Assembly (NCBI RefSeq): GCF_001447785.1 | Contig: NW_015173687.1 | Location: 499,362-563,361 of the forward strand | Reading direction: 5' to 3' | DNA: 64,000 nt | Origin: Gekko japonicus | Taxonomy: Eukaryota | Part shown: in pieces, positions 1 through 11,966 of the stretch | How positions within the stretch are numbered: position 1 is the first letter of the stretch | Layout of the letters: each line of letters opens with the position of its first letter | Translations under genes and position numbers: made by a program | The notes under the pieces: generated by a model | What the model was told of the DNA's origin: nothing | The model's input: only the letters and a program-made list of their open reading frames with translations | The model's database searches: none

Positions 1-645
1 GTTTGATTCCCCACTCCTCCACTCGCAGCGGCTGGATGACCTTGGGCAAGCCATAGTTCTGTCAGAGGTGTTCTTGAACAGAGCAGTTTCTGTCGGAGGT
101 CTCTCAGCCCCACCTACTTCACAGGGTGTCTGTTGTGGGGAGGGGAGGGGAAGGGAAATGAGTTTGTAAGCCACTCTGAGACTCCGAGTGAAGGGCAGGG
201 TATAAATCCCGTCTCCTCCTCCAGACAAATCTGTTATTTGTTTTCATGAGATTTGGGGGTTGGCTTTCTATCCTGTCTTTTCTATCAGTGGTGGGGTGGT
301 TTGCAAAGCTATAAAATCAGTTTTAAGCAAAATAGTAACACTTCGTTTTAAAAGATAAACAACTCTTTTTTTTCTGGAGACCTGTGGTGGCTGGTGAGAA
401 CCAGCATGGTGTAGTGATTAAGAGTGGCGGAGCCTAATCTGGAGAACCAGGTTTGATTCCCCCCTCCTCCACATGAAGCCTGCTGGGTGACCTTGGGCCA
501 GTCACAGTACTCTCAGAACTCTCTTAGCCTCACCTACCTCACAAGGTGACTGTTGGGGGCAGAGGAAGGGAAAGGTGATTGTAAACTGCTTTGAGACTCC
601 TTAAGGTAGAGGAAAGCAAGGATATAAAAACTTACTCTTCTTCTC
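1..645 (+). mobile_element. Two Squam3-like SINEs (1-220, 397-645); other copies at about 6098-6375(-), 16952-17165, 25370-25636, 26070-26312, 27620-27835
   Basis: Shared GGTTTGATTCCCCACTCCTCCAC...CTCAGCCCCACCTACCTCACAGGGTGTCTGTTGTGGGG core. Confidence 0.8.
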
Positions 646-2304
646 TTGGTAACAACACATGCTCTACCACTGAGTCACACAGTCTTGCCCAAGAAGGGCA
701 AGTGTGAGATCATGCAGTGAATTGGACTCTCAAAGACAGTTTAATTTCTAAAAAAGAGGTGCTGAGGCTCATAACTGCCTTATGAACTAGACATGGTCTT
801 GGGGTGAGCAGATATGGTATGATACCTGATATGATACCCTTCACCCACTGTGATAAGTAGCACACTCTTCATCCTCACCCCATTCTTAGAGAGGAAGACT
901 GATCGCTGTCAGAGCTTCACCCACCAATTTTGAGGCAAGTGGCAGGTTTGACTGGTTGGTTGTGTGACATCGTCACCATGCTTATGCAGACATTCCGGTT
1001 TAGCCCTGCCCTTTTTTCACCTTTCTGCCCAACTGGTTTGTCTGCCCTTTCCTGCTGGGCAATACAGGTTGAAATGGGCATGCTGCAACACCCTGACCAG
1101 GTAAAGATGGAGGGGGAAATCTCTCTTACCAAGAATCAGGAGTTTTAAGGACTTCACTGTTTTAAGAATTTTTAGAAACCGTGAAGTTGCCAAACTTGCA
1201 CTGGACTGATCATAGAGGTTTATAAAATTATAGATGGCGCAGATAAAGTAGATGAAAATCATTTCTCTTTTGCATTACAAAGGGGCACTCAGTTAAGATG
1301 AGAGAGACAGATTCAGGAAGGCAAAAAGAATTGCTTATTTGCATAATGCAGAGTTAACGTGGAACTCACTGCCACAAGATGGAGGTGTGTGCATTAGAAG
1401 GCTTCAAAAGGGGACTAGATATCTTGGGGTTCTTAGCAATTTTTGTTTATTGTAGCCCATGGGCTGAGAATTAATTAACCTATATTTTGTGGGGGTGGAA
1501 TCCAAAAATCAAATATTATGTAAAATTGAGTATTAAAATAAAATGTAATTGATGTATATATTCTAAACAAATCTGAGTTCCCAAGCAAATCTTAGAATTG
1601 TCTTGAGTTTCCCCCCTCTCAATTCCCATCAATTTCACCTCTACTAAAGACCCTACTTGTGATCTACTGCTTCCTCTATGCCTACAGGGAAGGTTATCCA
1701 TTGTCTCTCTGCATGAGTCATTGGTTTGAGTCACATAGAGCTGTTTAAGAAGGAAGCTGCCTTCATCGTCTGGCTAGTCACTACAGCCCTCTTTCCTGGG
1801 CACAACCTCTGCACTGTGCTCCGTCACTTTCAGATCGCCCGTAGTGAATTATTAAACAGCTATTCATTCTGCTTTACTAAACTGCTGTCAGTTTAGTAAA
1901 TCATTATACTTTTAATTTGCATTTTGCTATTTTGGAACATTCTGTATTGGCAGAGAATGAAGGGTGTTTTTCTAGCCTGGTGTCTGTGCAGGAGCCAAGG
2001 TTAACTTCCCCAAGAGCAAAAATTCTTCCCCATCCCACCCACCCCGTCTGTGAGCAAAGCAGGTCCATTTCCCCGTTCTCAAAACTTGGAGAGGAGCACT
2101 GCACAAGATATCACAGATACTGAGGTTCTCTTAAAGGGAACAGTGCTGCTACATGGCAGACACGTCTGCTAGAAATGAACTGACAGTCATCTCAAGCCCT
2201 TGTGTTAGGGTGGGCTATAAATCACAGCAACAGGAAGGTGTGACAGGATTTCTGCTGTTACTTCTCCTGTCTGTCGTTCCAGGCCATTTGAGTGGTTCGC
2301 CACA

Positions 2305-3027
2305 ATGTTAAAGCTACGACTTTTGACATGGGATGTGAAAGATACTCTGCTTCGACTCCGGATTCCTGTGGGCGAGAGTTACGCTGCTGAGGCCCGGGCC
2401 CGTGGCCTCCAGGTGGAAGCTGAAGCACTCAACAGAGCCTTCCGCCAGGCCTATAAGGCTCAGGGCCAGCGCTTTCCCAACTATGGCCTAGACAGAGGCC
2501 TTAGCTCAAAACAGTGGTGGTTGGAAGTAGTCATGGAGACCTTCCGGCTCTCAGGAGTCCATGAGGACAAGGTGCTCCTGTCCATTGCAGAGAAACTCTA
2601 CTGTGATTACTGTAGCAAGCGCAACTGGGAGCTGCTACCAGGTGCCAGTGAGACCCTCCAGCAGTGCCGGCAGTTGGGCATCCGCATGGCTGTCATCTCC
2701 AACTTTGACCGGAGGTTGTCAGAGATTCTAGCTCAGTGTGACCTCCAGCAGCACTTTGAATTTGTCTTGAGCTCTGAGAACTTGGGCTTTGCTAAGCCAG
2801 ACAAGAGGATATTTCTGGAAGCCCTGCGGATCTCTAGGGTACCCCCTCCCTTGGCTGCCCATGTTGGGGACAACTACATGAACGATTACAGGGCACCAAG
2901 AGAGGTGGGAATGCATAGTTTCCTGATTAAGACACTCGGGAAACCTGCCAGCTGGGAGACAGAAGTGCCTCAGGAGCACATCTTGCCCTCACTTACATAC
3001 CTGCCCTCTCTTATACAGAAAGGCTAA
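2305..3027 (+). CDS. HDHD3: Haloacid dehalogenase-like hydrolase domain-containing 3, single coding exon, 240 aa
   Basis: HAD motifs LLTWDVKDTLL, VISNFD, AKPD, HVGDNYMND. Acceptor ...gttccag ends at 2282; AATAAA at 3785-3790; adjacent to BSPRY as expected from synteny. Confidence 0.95.
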   Translation: MLKLRLLTWDVKDTLLRLRIPVGESYAAEARARGLQVEAEALNRAFRQAYKAQGQRFPNYGLDRGLSSKQWWLEVVMETFRLSGVHEDKVLLSIAEKLYCDYCSKRNWELLPGASETLQQCRQLGIRMAVISNFDRRLSEILAQCDLQQHFEFVLSSENLGFAKPDKRIFLEALRISRVPPPLAAHVGDNYMNDYRAPREVGMHSFLIKTLGKPASWETEVPQEHILPSLTYLPSLIQKG

Positions 3028-3863
3028 GCGAGGGACTTCAGTATTTTGCAGAATTACTGTTGAAGGACTTCTTGGATTGGACCACTGCCATTGCCATCCT
3101 AAGCAGAATTGCACCCATTGAAGTCAAAGGGCTTAGAAAGGTCTTTATGCTTAGGATATTACTGTTAGAATAGCATGGAGTTGCTTTTTTCGCTTCAAAA
3201 ATGTAGACAGCTAGCACATCAGACAGAGGTTGTTACCACCATGACATCATTCCTTCCCACACACAGTGGCTTTTTAAATGGGCAATCTTTAAAAAATGCC
3301 CTGTCCCACCCTGACATGGATAGCCCAGGCAAGCCCGATATGGTCAGATCTTGGAAGCTAAGCGGGGTTGACTCTGGCAAACACTTGTATGGGAGACCTC
3401 CTTGGACTACCAGCAGTTGGGAGGGTGGGGGCAGGCTTTATTCAGCCACCTCTCTGAATATTTTCCAGGCCCCCAGTGGGCGTCAGTCACCAGAGATCGC
3501 CATGACTTCCAGGTGTACACACACTCATGCACATATGAAAAATACAAAAAAAAAAAGACAAACCAAAAATGTCCTATCCCACTTACAAATCAGAAGTGGC
3601 ACTGTGCAGGAAGAATTCTGCCACAAGATTTTACTGATTGTTTAAATCCACCATGCTCTTCTTGCTAAGGAGAGTAGGAAGGAAGGAAAGGGTGCCTCAT
3701 GTCTAATAGCCTGGTGAAAAATCATTTGGGTAAACTAACTCATGGAAGTATGGCCTCCTTTGAATATTTTATATTTCTAGTTCCAATAAAAGTAGCAGTG
3801 TTTCTGAGGCTGACCTTCCTTCCCGATACTTAAAAAAAAATTTTTTTGTTTCATTCACAATAT

Positions 3864-4702
3864 GTTGTTGAAGGCTTTCACGGCCGGAGTTCATTAGTTG
3901 TTGTAGATATTCTAGGCTGTATGGCCATGTTCTTGGCATTGTAAGACATGACATATCGCCAGCAGCTGTGGGAAAACTTATGAAAAAACACAACCTACAA
4001 ACAGTATTCAGACCCACCAGAAAAATACAACAGATGCTACGATCAACAAAAGACAGAAGAGCCCGCCTCACTTCTGCAGGAGTATACCGCATACCATGCA
4101 GTTGTGGACAGGTTTACATCGGGACCACACAGTGTAGCATTCAGACAAGAATAAAAGAACATGAAAGACACTGCAGACTAGGCCAACCTGAAAAATCATT
4201 AGTGGCTGAACATAGCCTAACTCACAGGACACAGTATCCTATTCCAAGACACTGAAAGGCTGGGCAACACATCCAATTACCATGTCAGATTACAAAGGGA
4301 AGCCATTGAGATTCATAAACATAAACACAATTTCAACAGGAAAGAATAGAGTTTAAAAATAAATAGGGTATGGTTTCCAGTCCTGAAAAACACAAAATGC
4401 TCTACATCTTACAATAGCATTACAGATAAGATTAGAATTTCAACAGCCAATCGATATGCAAAAGAAGCTCCTCCATTAGCATGTCACAGCCTGGGGAACT
4501 CCTACAAGACAATGACTCAGCCCTACCCCACCTTCCTGAGTAGATATAAATTACCTGCCTTTTGTCTCACCTTGACACAGAGAGTACTCCATCTTTCTGT
4601 GTTATAACTCTGAGGATGCCAGTCACAGCTGCTGGCAAAACATCAGGTCCTACAATGCCAAGACCACGGCCATACAGCTTGGAAAATCTACAACAACTAG
4701 TG
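3864..4702 (+). mobile_element. Penelope-like retroelement 3' fragment (GIY-YIG) with inverted pseudo-LTR
   Basis: GVYRIPCSCGQVYIGTT...TRIKEHERHCRL...VAEH; about 3892-3947 is the inverted copy of about 4646-4702. Confidence 0.85.
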
Positions 4703-5130
4703 CACAATAAAGTTCAGTCCTGACTGGGATCAGTCTCTCCCAAGCCTTGCAATGAGCCTGTTCAGTAGATGGAACGGTATGGACTGGAGGCGGCATCTTA
4801 GAGAAACAGCAGCCTGCTCAGGGCTGTACAAGTCAACGAAACGTGGGAGGACTTGAATCAGGAAGACCTGAGTTCAAGTCCAGTTTTGTAGGATACACTG
4901 GGCAAGCATCTTGAGGCTGGAGGAAACAACTGATAATCTAGGACATGAGTGGGGCAGTGATGTGTCCAGGGCCAAAGACTACAAGAACATACACATTGTA
5001 TACTGGAAAACACAGTGTAACACAAACTAGAAATGTCTCTTATGGAAAAACCTAACCCATTCTGTCCTCAAATTGTACATACACACACAGCACAAAGAGC
5101 TTGGCGTGTTCCAGGTTGCAAAGGCAAGTC

Positions 5131-6630
5131 TTTATTGATTGCAGCAGTGGCGGGAGGCTGTGTTTCCAGCCGTGTTCCAGATGGATGTTCTCTCAAAACA
5201 AATCCAGTTTAAACTCAGCTGTTCTGACCATTCATATATAACACCTCTTATGTGAGGTACTCCATCTTCCCACAGCATTTGTTCCCAGGAAAATGAGACA
5301 AGTTCCCACAAGGCCACTACTGAGGTTTTGATTGCTTTATGAAATGTGGCTGCATCAGTTTCACAGCAACCTACTGGCCAGTATCTACAGCGACCAAAGA
5401 AACACGTGCCATACACACAATGCCTGCACTGTTTCCTGGGTGAGTTGCAGTCCTGTTGCCCCAGGCTCTGTGTGTGTGTGGCGCAATTCTATAGGAGCAC
5501 AGAATATAATGATGCAGAATTTCACTTCCTCAGAATTTCAGCTTTCATTTAAAAACCAACAGCTGGTAAGTGTCTAGCCCTTATATTTGTGAAAAACATT
5601 TAAAAGTGTGTGGGCACTGCTTGCGACCAGAATGGAAGCAGAAGAAGATTTCCAGTGGTGGGGCTCCTTGCCCTCGTTGAGAGCTTGCAAAACCATAATA
5701 AATTATGCATAATAGTAAAAAAAAAATGCAGATTTGGCTATGAGAAAACAAGAACAATTATATGTGCTGAATGAGTATAATTTATGCGGGTCAAAAAAGT
5801 TCAGTTTCACTTTACACAGAAATTGGAGTGTACAGGGAAGAATTTTTATTACTGGTTAAACATGGGTGACTAAACAGTCCCTAGTTATTCCCCCTTTTTT
5901 GGGTCATAATAGGGAAGAGTTGTGGCTAAAGCAAACCACTTGTTTTGTATGCAGAAAGTCTCAGGTTCAATCCCTGGCATTGCCAGTCAAAGGGGTTGCA
6001 GGTAGAGGGTCTTGGGAGTGTCATTACCAGTCAAATGAGACAACACAGAACTAGAAGGACCAATGGTCTGATTCAGTAAAAGGCAGCTTTGTATAAGAGA
6101 AGGAGAAGAGAAGAGATTGGATTTATCCCCCCCGCCCTTCACTACCCAAAGGTGTCTCAGAGCGGCTTACAAACTCCTTTCCCTTCCCCTCCCCACAACA
6201 GACACCCTGTGAGGTTGGGGGGGAACAGAGAGCTCTTGACAGAAACTGCTCTTTTTCAAGAACAGCTCATATCAGAGCTACGGCTTGCCCAAGGCCATCC
6301 AGCCAGGTGCAAGTGGAGGAGTGGGGAATCAAACCCGGTTCTCCCAGATTAGAGTCTGTGCACTTAACCACTACAACAAATATATAAACAAATATAACAT
6401 AATTCTTTTTCAAGACTTCATGGAATGACCCTCCACACACAGTCATCAGTACTGTCTGGCACACAGTTTGCAGATAAGTACTTCCACAGTATCTCTCTTT
6501 CACATACAGACGGCCAAACCACAAGCCAATGTAGATCCATTGTATCATTCCACCCAGTAGCATGGAGGATGTTCCCACGCATTGGGGTCCAGACAGATTG
6601 GTAAAATGGTTCACTTCAGGTGCACCACTG
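5131..6630 (-). pseudogene. Probable decayed trypsin-family (S1, possibly PAMR1-like) serine protease gene remnant
   Basis: Colinear but frameshifted motifs ILPICL, HATGWN, VEVLICKLC, C..GNSAGIV, W-x-LVG-LVSF, NWI; acceptor before 5488; AATAAA at 5136-5131. Confidence 0.5.
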
Positions 6631-6631
6631 A

Positions 6632-6755
6632 TTAAAAATTTAACTTCTCAGATTCCTAGGGTTTCAGGATCCTTTCAGCTTCCTCCATTCCAGCCAATGA
6701 AGCAGCAGAAGTCATTGCGCTTGGCATTTAAGTTGACCTTTGGATGTGTTTAGCC
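6632..6755 (-). pseudogene. Degenerate duplicate of the 5' half of BSPRY exon 5 plus upstream intron
   Basis: Near copy of 8766-8890; acceptor ctag changed to ctgg; CCT CAG changed to CCC TAG. Confidence 0.85.
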
Positions 6756-6910
6756 ATCTGCGCAGGCTTGTAAAATATTGAGGAACCCTAATGCCACAAG
6801 TTGTAAGGAGCCATAAATGTAGCATGATCTATACAGTTTTAGGAAATAGTCTCAGTGTTCATCAAAGATAAGTATGGCCTCTTGGGCTGCCCCTCAGCAG
6901 AGCCTCACTC

Positions 6911-7431
6911 TCACTGCATCAGGTAGATACTTTGATCAGCTACAGCCAAGGATGGGTAAATGGGAGCGGTGAAGTTTTCACGATGTGCATGGAGAACAAC
7001 GCAAGATTCTGGGTCGTAAAACAGCAGTTCCCCCACATCCAAGTCCACCAGGACCCCAATTTCCATTGGGCATTTGAGGAGGTCCACTGTTTGGTGGCAA
7101 TTGTCATGTGAAAACCGAAACTCCTTGTCATAGCGGGAGAAGACCCAGGAGAATGGGTTGTAACCCAGGCGGGCTTCAGGACCTGTGCCCTTACGCTGCA
7201 GTGATTTATATGAGATGCCCAGCTTGTATGCACCGCTATTTGCCACACTGACTCTCCATGCGTGAATCCCTTTGTGGAATGATTCTTCAGCCAAGGCATT
7301 GGGCCAGTGGTCAAACCGTTCTGGGCCATCAGGGTCACTCTTTACTTTCTTAGGGCTAAAGGTCAGCATTTTCTTGTCTTCCGAGAGTGTCAAGAGTGGG
7401 CTGACTGTTTTCTCATCAATGTGGATTTCAT
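6911..7431 (-). CDS. BSPRY: BSPRY exon 6 (B30.2/SPRY domain)
   Basis: DEIHIDEKTVSPLLTLSEDKK...ERFDHWPNALA...GIHAWRV...LLFYDP, stop TGA. The frame requires the distal of two tandem AG acceptors. Confidence 0.9.
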
Positions 7432-8697
7432 CTGTGCTGAGAGGAGAAAGAAACTGGTTAGTGCATGTTTGGCAGACAGCTTGCGTTACAGATCTGTGCC
7501 ATGGCTAGTTCTTTTGTACATCAAAAAACTGAATTTGACTTGTGTGGTCTTTAATATTGGCCTTCAAAGTGCATTAGCAGGCCTTTTGTAAAATTTAAGC
7601 ATCCTTTGGAACCCAAACATTTAAAAACAGAATGTGTAATTTCAAACTTGAGTTTCCAGATTGTATTACTCCTTTGTACATTTTTTTGGTTTTTGTCTTT
7701 CCAAAACAGGCATTTTGAGAATTTAAATATCCTGCTGTTTTGTCATACAAATGCCACACAAGGAAGATCATAACATAAAATTAAAACATAAAATAGATGT
7801 AAAACAGCAGCCAAATAAAAGCAATCATAACAAGCAACGCATATTAGATAAATTTAAAAAATGGTTTGGTCATAAAATTAACAATAGGTCATAACAAGCT
7901 ACAGAATAAAACAGTTTCAGGGCATAAATGACAAATGTACTCTGGAATAAAACAGTTCATACAACTTTCTGGATGGTCAAAAGGGAGGAGTCTGACAGAT
8001 CTTTTGGGGTAGGGAGTGCCACGCCCTGGGGACCACAGATTCAAAAGCCCAGTCTCCCTGGTAGTCAATCCTCACAGACAGATGGGTCATACAGGTGATC
8101 ATAGAGGCAAATTGTACAGAGCTTCCTTAGAGGGGAAGGACTGAGGCTCAGTGTTAGAGAATCTGCTGGGCATGTAGAAAGTTCCAGGCTCATTTCCCAG
8201 CATCCAGTCTGAACAGACAATACTGACCTTGGTCTGAATCAGTATAAGCCATTTTAATAGCATCAACTTCACCTGTGTTAAGGTTGCCAGGTCTGGGTTG
8301 GGAAATACCTGGAGGTTTTGGAGGTGGAGCCTCAGGAGGGCAGAGTATGGGGCATAATGCCATAGAGTCCGGCTTCCAAAGCACCCATTTTTCTACAGGG
8401 GAAGTGATCTCTGTCGTCGAGATTAGTTGTAATAGCGGGAGATCTCCAGCCACCACCTGGAGGGTTGGCAACCCTAAGCTGTGTGCATACATGTCACTGG
8501 ACAGTTACCCAGAACTGAATTATGTGGAACTAAAGACAGCTTTTAAGACTGAGCCTCAATTTGAATTAAGGTCTGGTTCCAAGGCATACACACACAGAGA
8601 AAGCTGCTCAATGCAATAATATACACCTGCAGTGGTATTTAGAAGGGGCAATATGGGCAAAACCAGCCTCCATTCTCTGGGAGGATGAGACACTGAC

Positions 8698-8822
8698 CTG
8701 AGTTCCAGCACAGAATGGCAGCAGTCCACAACCGGCTCATTAATGGACTCTGGATGCACTGCGGGTTAAAGTTTAACTTCTCAGATTCCTGAGGTTTCAG
8801 GATCCCCTCCGCTTCCTCCATT
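8698..8822 (-). CDS. BSPRY: BSPRY exon 5
   Basis: ggctag|A MEEAEGILKPQESEKLNFNPQCIQSPLMSRLWTAAILCWNS G|gtcagt. Confidence 0.9.
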
Positions 8823-9015
8823 CTAGCCAATGAAACAGCAGAAGTCATTGTACTTGGCATTCCAGTTATGCTTTTGGAGTGTAACCCATACGACAGTCAG
8901 GGGAGGTTAGGACAGATTTGCTCTTCCTTATGAGCTATACCTACATTTCTGACAGCAATACTACTTGTAAGGTAGGCCACGAGTATTAGAGCAGTCTGCC
9001 CACGTCTCTCGTTAA

Positions 9016-9547
9016 TAGGGTTGCCAGGTCTGGGTTGGAAAATACCTGGAGATTTTGGAGGTGGAGCCAGGAGAGGGCGGGGTTTGGGGAGGGAAGGGGC
9101 CTCAGCATAGTACAGGGGCGGCCAAACTTGCTTAACGTAAGAGCCACATGGAATAAACATCAGATGTTTGAGAGCTGCAAGACATGAACAGATATTACAC
9201 GTTTATCCTGGGAAATATGCAAATTTGCTTTTTATTAACATTAAATGAAACCGCCAAAAATAATAACAAAAGCGGTAAAAGCAGATATTTATAATGATAT
9301 TTATTTGTCCAATTATATTTGTTTGCTAATGATATTCCCCAGCGATCCTGCCGGGAGCCGCACAATGTGTGTGAAAGAGCCGCATGCGGCTCCCAAGCCA
9401 CAGTTTGGCCACCCCTGGCATAGTACAATGCCATAGAGTCCACCCTTCAAAACAGCCATTTTCTCCAGGGAAGCTGATCTCTCTCAGCTGGAGATCAGTT
9501 GTAAAAGTGGGAGATCCCCAGACCCCACCTGGAGGCTGGCAACCCTA
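9016..9547. mobile_element. TAGGGTTGCCA-TIR MITE with nested hAT MITE at 9113-9417 (other hosts at about 8280-8476, 10375-10578, 12567-12697, 34221-34423, 39833-40025, 50700-50948)
   Basis: Nested element has TIR CAGGGG(C/T)GGCCAAACT and TSD GCATAGTA. Confidence 0.8.
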
Positions 9548-9996
9548 CTCGTTAACTGTGTGGATTTCTTTGTCCTCGCTTTTGCCCTCAGTGGCCCTTA
9601 CACTTTTTATCTACTGTTTTTATTGCTTAAGCTGTGCTTTTACCCCTCCTCTTAATGTCTGCTGGTTTTATTGACATCATTCTGTTTTTAGTTGTTGAAT
9701 AGCTTATCGATAATTCAAGCTACCTAAAGGTTTTTTTTTAATGGAGTGGTGGCTAATAAATGTTTTTCATTAACGAATTACTGTTTCCCAATGGGACGTT
9801 GTCCGAAGCTGAGAAAAAGCAGCTTGCCCAAGGCCAGTTCATGAGTTCATACCTTCTCAGGCTTTCAGCCACCACGCTACACTTATTTCTGAATGGGGCC
9901 CAGGAGGAGATTTTTCTCTTAATGGGATCAAAGCTATGCAGCAGAACTGTGACTGTTTAGAAGGATGTTCAATGGCAGGTAAGAATCAGTAAAAAA

Positions 9997-10328
9997 AGGT
10001 AAAGGTTCCCTTGCTTGAAAGCCAGTCAAATTCAACTCTAGGGTTGCGGTGCTCATCTCTGTTTCAAAGCCGAAGAGCCAGCGCTGTCCGAAGACGTTTC
10101 CGTGGTCATGAGGCCGGCATGACTAAACACCAAGGTGCACGGAACGCTGTTACCTTCCCACTGTAGTGGTACCTATCTACTTGCAATTTCTTTCTTTCGA
10201 ACTGCTAGGTTGGCAGGAGCTGGAACTAGAGACGGGAGCTCACTCCGTCATGCGGCACACTCGGGTCTCGAACTGCTGAACTACCGACCTTCCACAGCCT
10301 GCAGTTCAGCGTCTTAACCACTTGAGCC
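9997..10328 (-). mobile_element. Sauria SINE
   Basis: Same family sequence. Confidence 0.85.
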
Positions 10329-11236
10329 CTAATCCTGGGACATTTATGCAGCTGCAGGAAACAGGAGGCATACAAAGGATTGCCAGGTTTGTGTTGGGAA
10401 ATAACTGGAGATTGTGGGGGGGGGGGGGGGGGGCCTGGGGGGGGGCCTCAACTGGGTACAATGCCATAAAGTCCACCATCCAAAACAGCCATTTTCTCCA
10501 GGGAAACTGATCTCTGTAGTCTAGAGATCAATTGTAATACCAGGAGATCTTCAGCCCCCACCTGGAGGTTAGCAACCCCAGGCACACAACAGCTACAGAC
10601 AGGTTTGTATCCCAGCATCCATAATCCTGCAGACTCCACTTGGCACCCAAATATTGCAGCTCTGTGGGAATGGCTATGTGCCGCCTGTGCATCTGTTGCT
10701 GCAGAACACTGCAGCCCGGGAATTTCAGGTGTATTTAATAATGACAAGGTTCTAGCCCTTAAGGCTAGTTTTGCTCAAAGGGATGTCAACGATGCCTGGT
10801 AAAGTCTCAGACACTTGAAACGATGAGGGGACGATGCCTGGTGAAGTATGAGAAAGCATTTCAGAACTCCACATTCCTTTTGATGGGCCAAACCAGAATA
10901 AATGGGGGAAGCGGAATCCTACATACTTTCTCTGCAATACAGATACATAAAAATAAACACATACACAACTTTCATGTATATGTGATACCTATGCCTGTTT
11001 CACCTATCTACGCAAATCTGTTTAATTTAAATCATTTATGTATGTCACAAATTCCTGCAAGATTTGGATTGCATTGATACATTTAAGTTTGCATGCATAG
11101 TTCTGTGCAGGTGACTAGAACCAGGGCAAAGGTACAGAAATGAGGGTGACATGGATGGTGTGCTAATCCCTTGCAAGAGATGGGGGGCACACGAGCTGGT
11201 TGTCAGAACAAAAGAAACCGGCACCCTGATACCCAC

Positions 11237-11262
11237 CTTTCATAGATTTCCTCTTCTGCCTG
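11237..11262 (-). CDS. BSPRY: BSPRY exon 4, 26-nt micro-exon
   Basis: ctttactccag|CAG GCA GAA GAG GAA ATC TAT GAA AG|gtgggt (QAEEEIYER); bridges the phase between exons 3 and 5. Confidence 0.85.
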
Positions 11263-11634
11263 CTGGAGTAAAGGAGAGAAAGATGAAAAGATGAAAACTT
11301 CATCCCATGAATCTTCTTGGATATGCCCCAACATTATAGGAGCTGAGTGGGTATATCAGCCCCTTGGATTGGAACTCTAAATAAAGGTGCAATAATACCC
11401 TCTCAAAGAGAGTGACTACAGCTGTTTTTAGCTCTGAGGCAATCTCAAGATTGACACCTTTTGCTGCCAGCAGCTGGAAAATAATCCAAGGCATGTCGTC
11501 CCCCCCCCCCCCCCCCCGGCTTAGTTCATACCCGCACACAGGAGAATATGATGCCAGAGCACAGAGGTGGTCAAATGATCATGATAGGTCTGATGAAGGG
11601 AGCTTCATCGTTCATAGCAAGCTTAAAGTTCATA

Positions 11635-11966
11635 GTAAAGGTTTTCCTTGCTCGAAAGCCAGTCGAATCCAACTCTAGGGATTCGGTGCTCATTTCTGTT
11701 TCCAAGCCGAAGAGCCAGCGCTATCCAAGGACATTTCCATGGTCATGTGGCCGGCATGACTAGACGCCAAGACGCATGGAACATTGTTACCTTCCCACCA
11801 AAGTGGTACCTAGTTATCTACTTGCAATTTCTTGCTTTTGAACTGCTAGGCTGGCAGGAGCTGGGACCAGAGATGGGAGCTCACTCTGTCATGTGGCACT
11901 TGGGTCTCGAACTAATGAACTATCGACCTTCCGGTTTGCAGTTCAGCGTCTTAACCACTTGAGCCC
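11635..11966 (-). mobile_element. Sauria SINE
   Basis: Same family sequence. Confidence 0.85.

Noticed and set aside
2332-2346. HDHD3 motif I reads DVKDT instead of DxDGT
   Set aside because: As recalled, this is the normal HDHD3 family sequence.
3308-3400. 5S rRNA-like sequence
   Set aside because: Diverged and attached to a SINE tail with several dispersed copies; not an rRNA gene.
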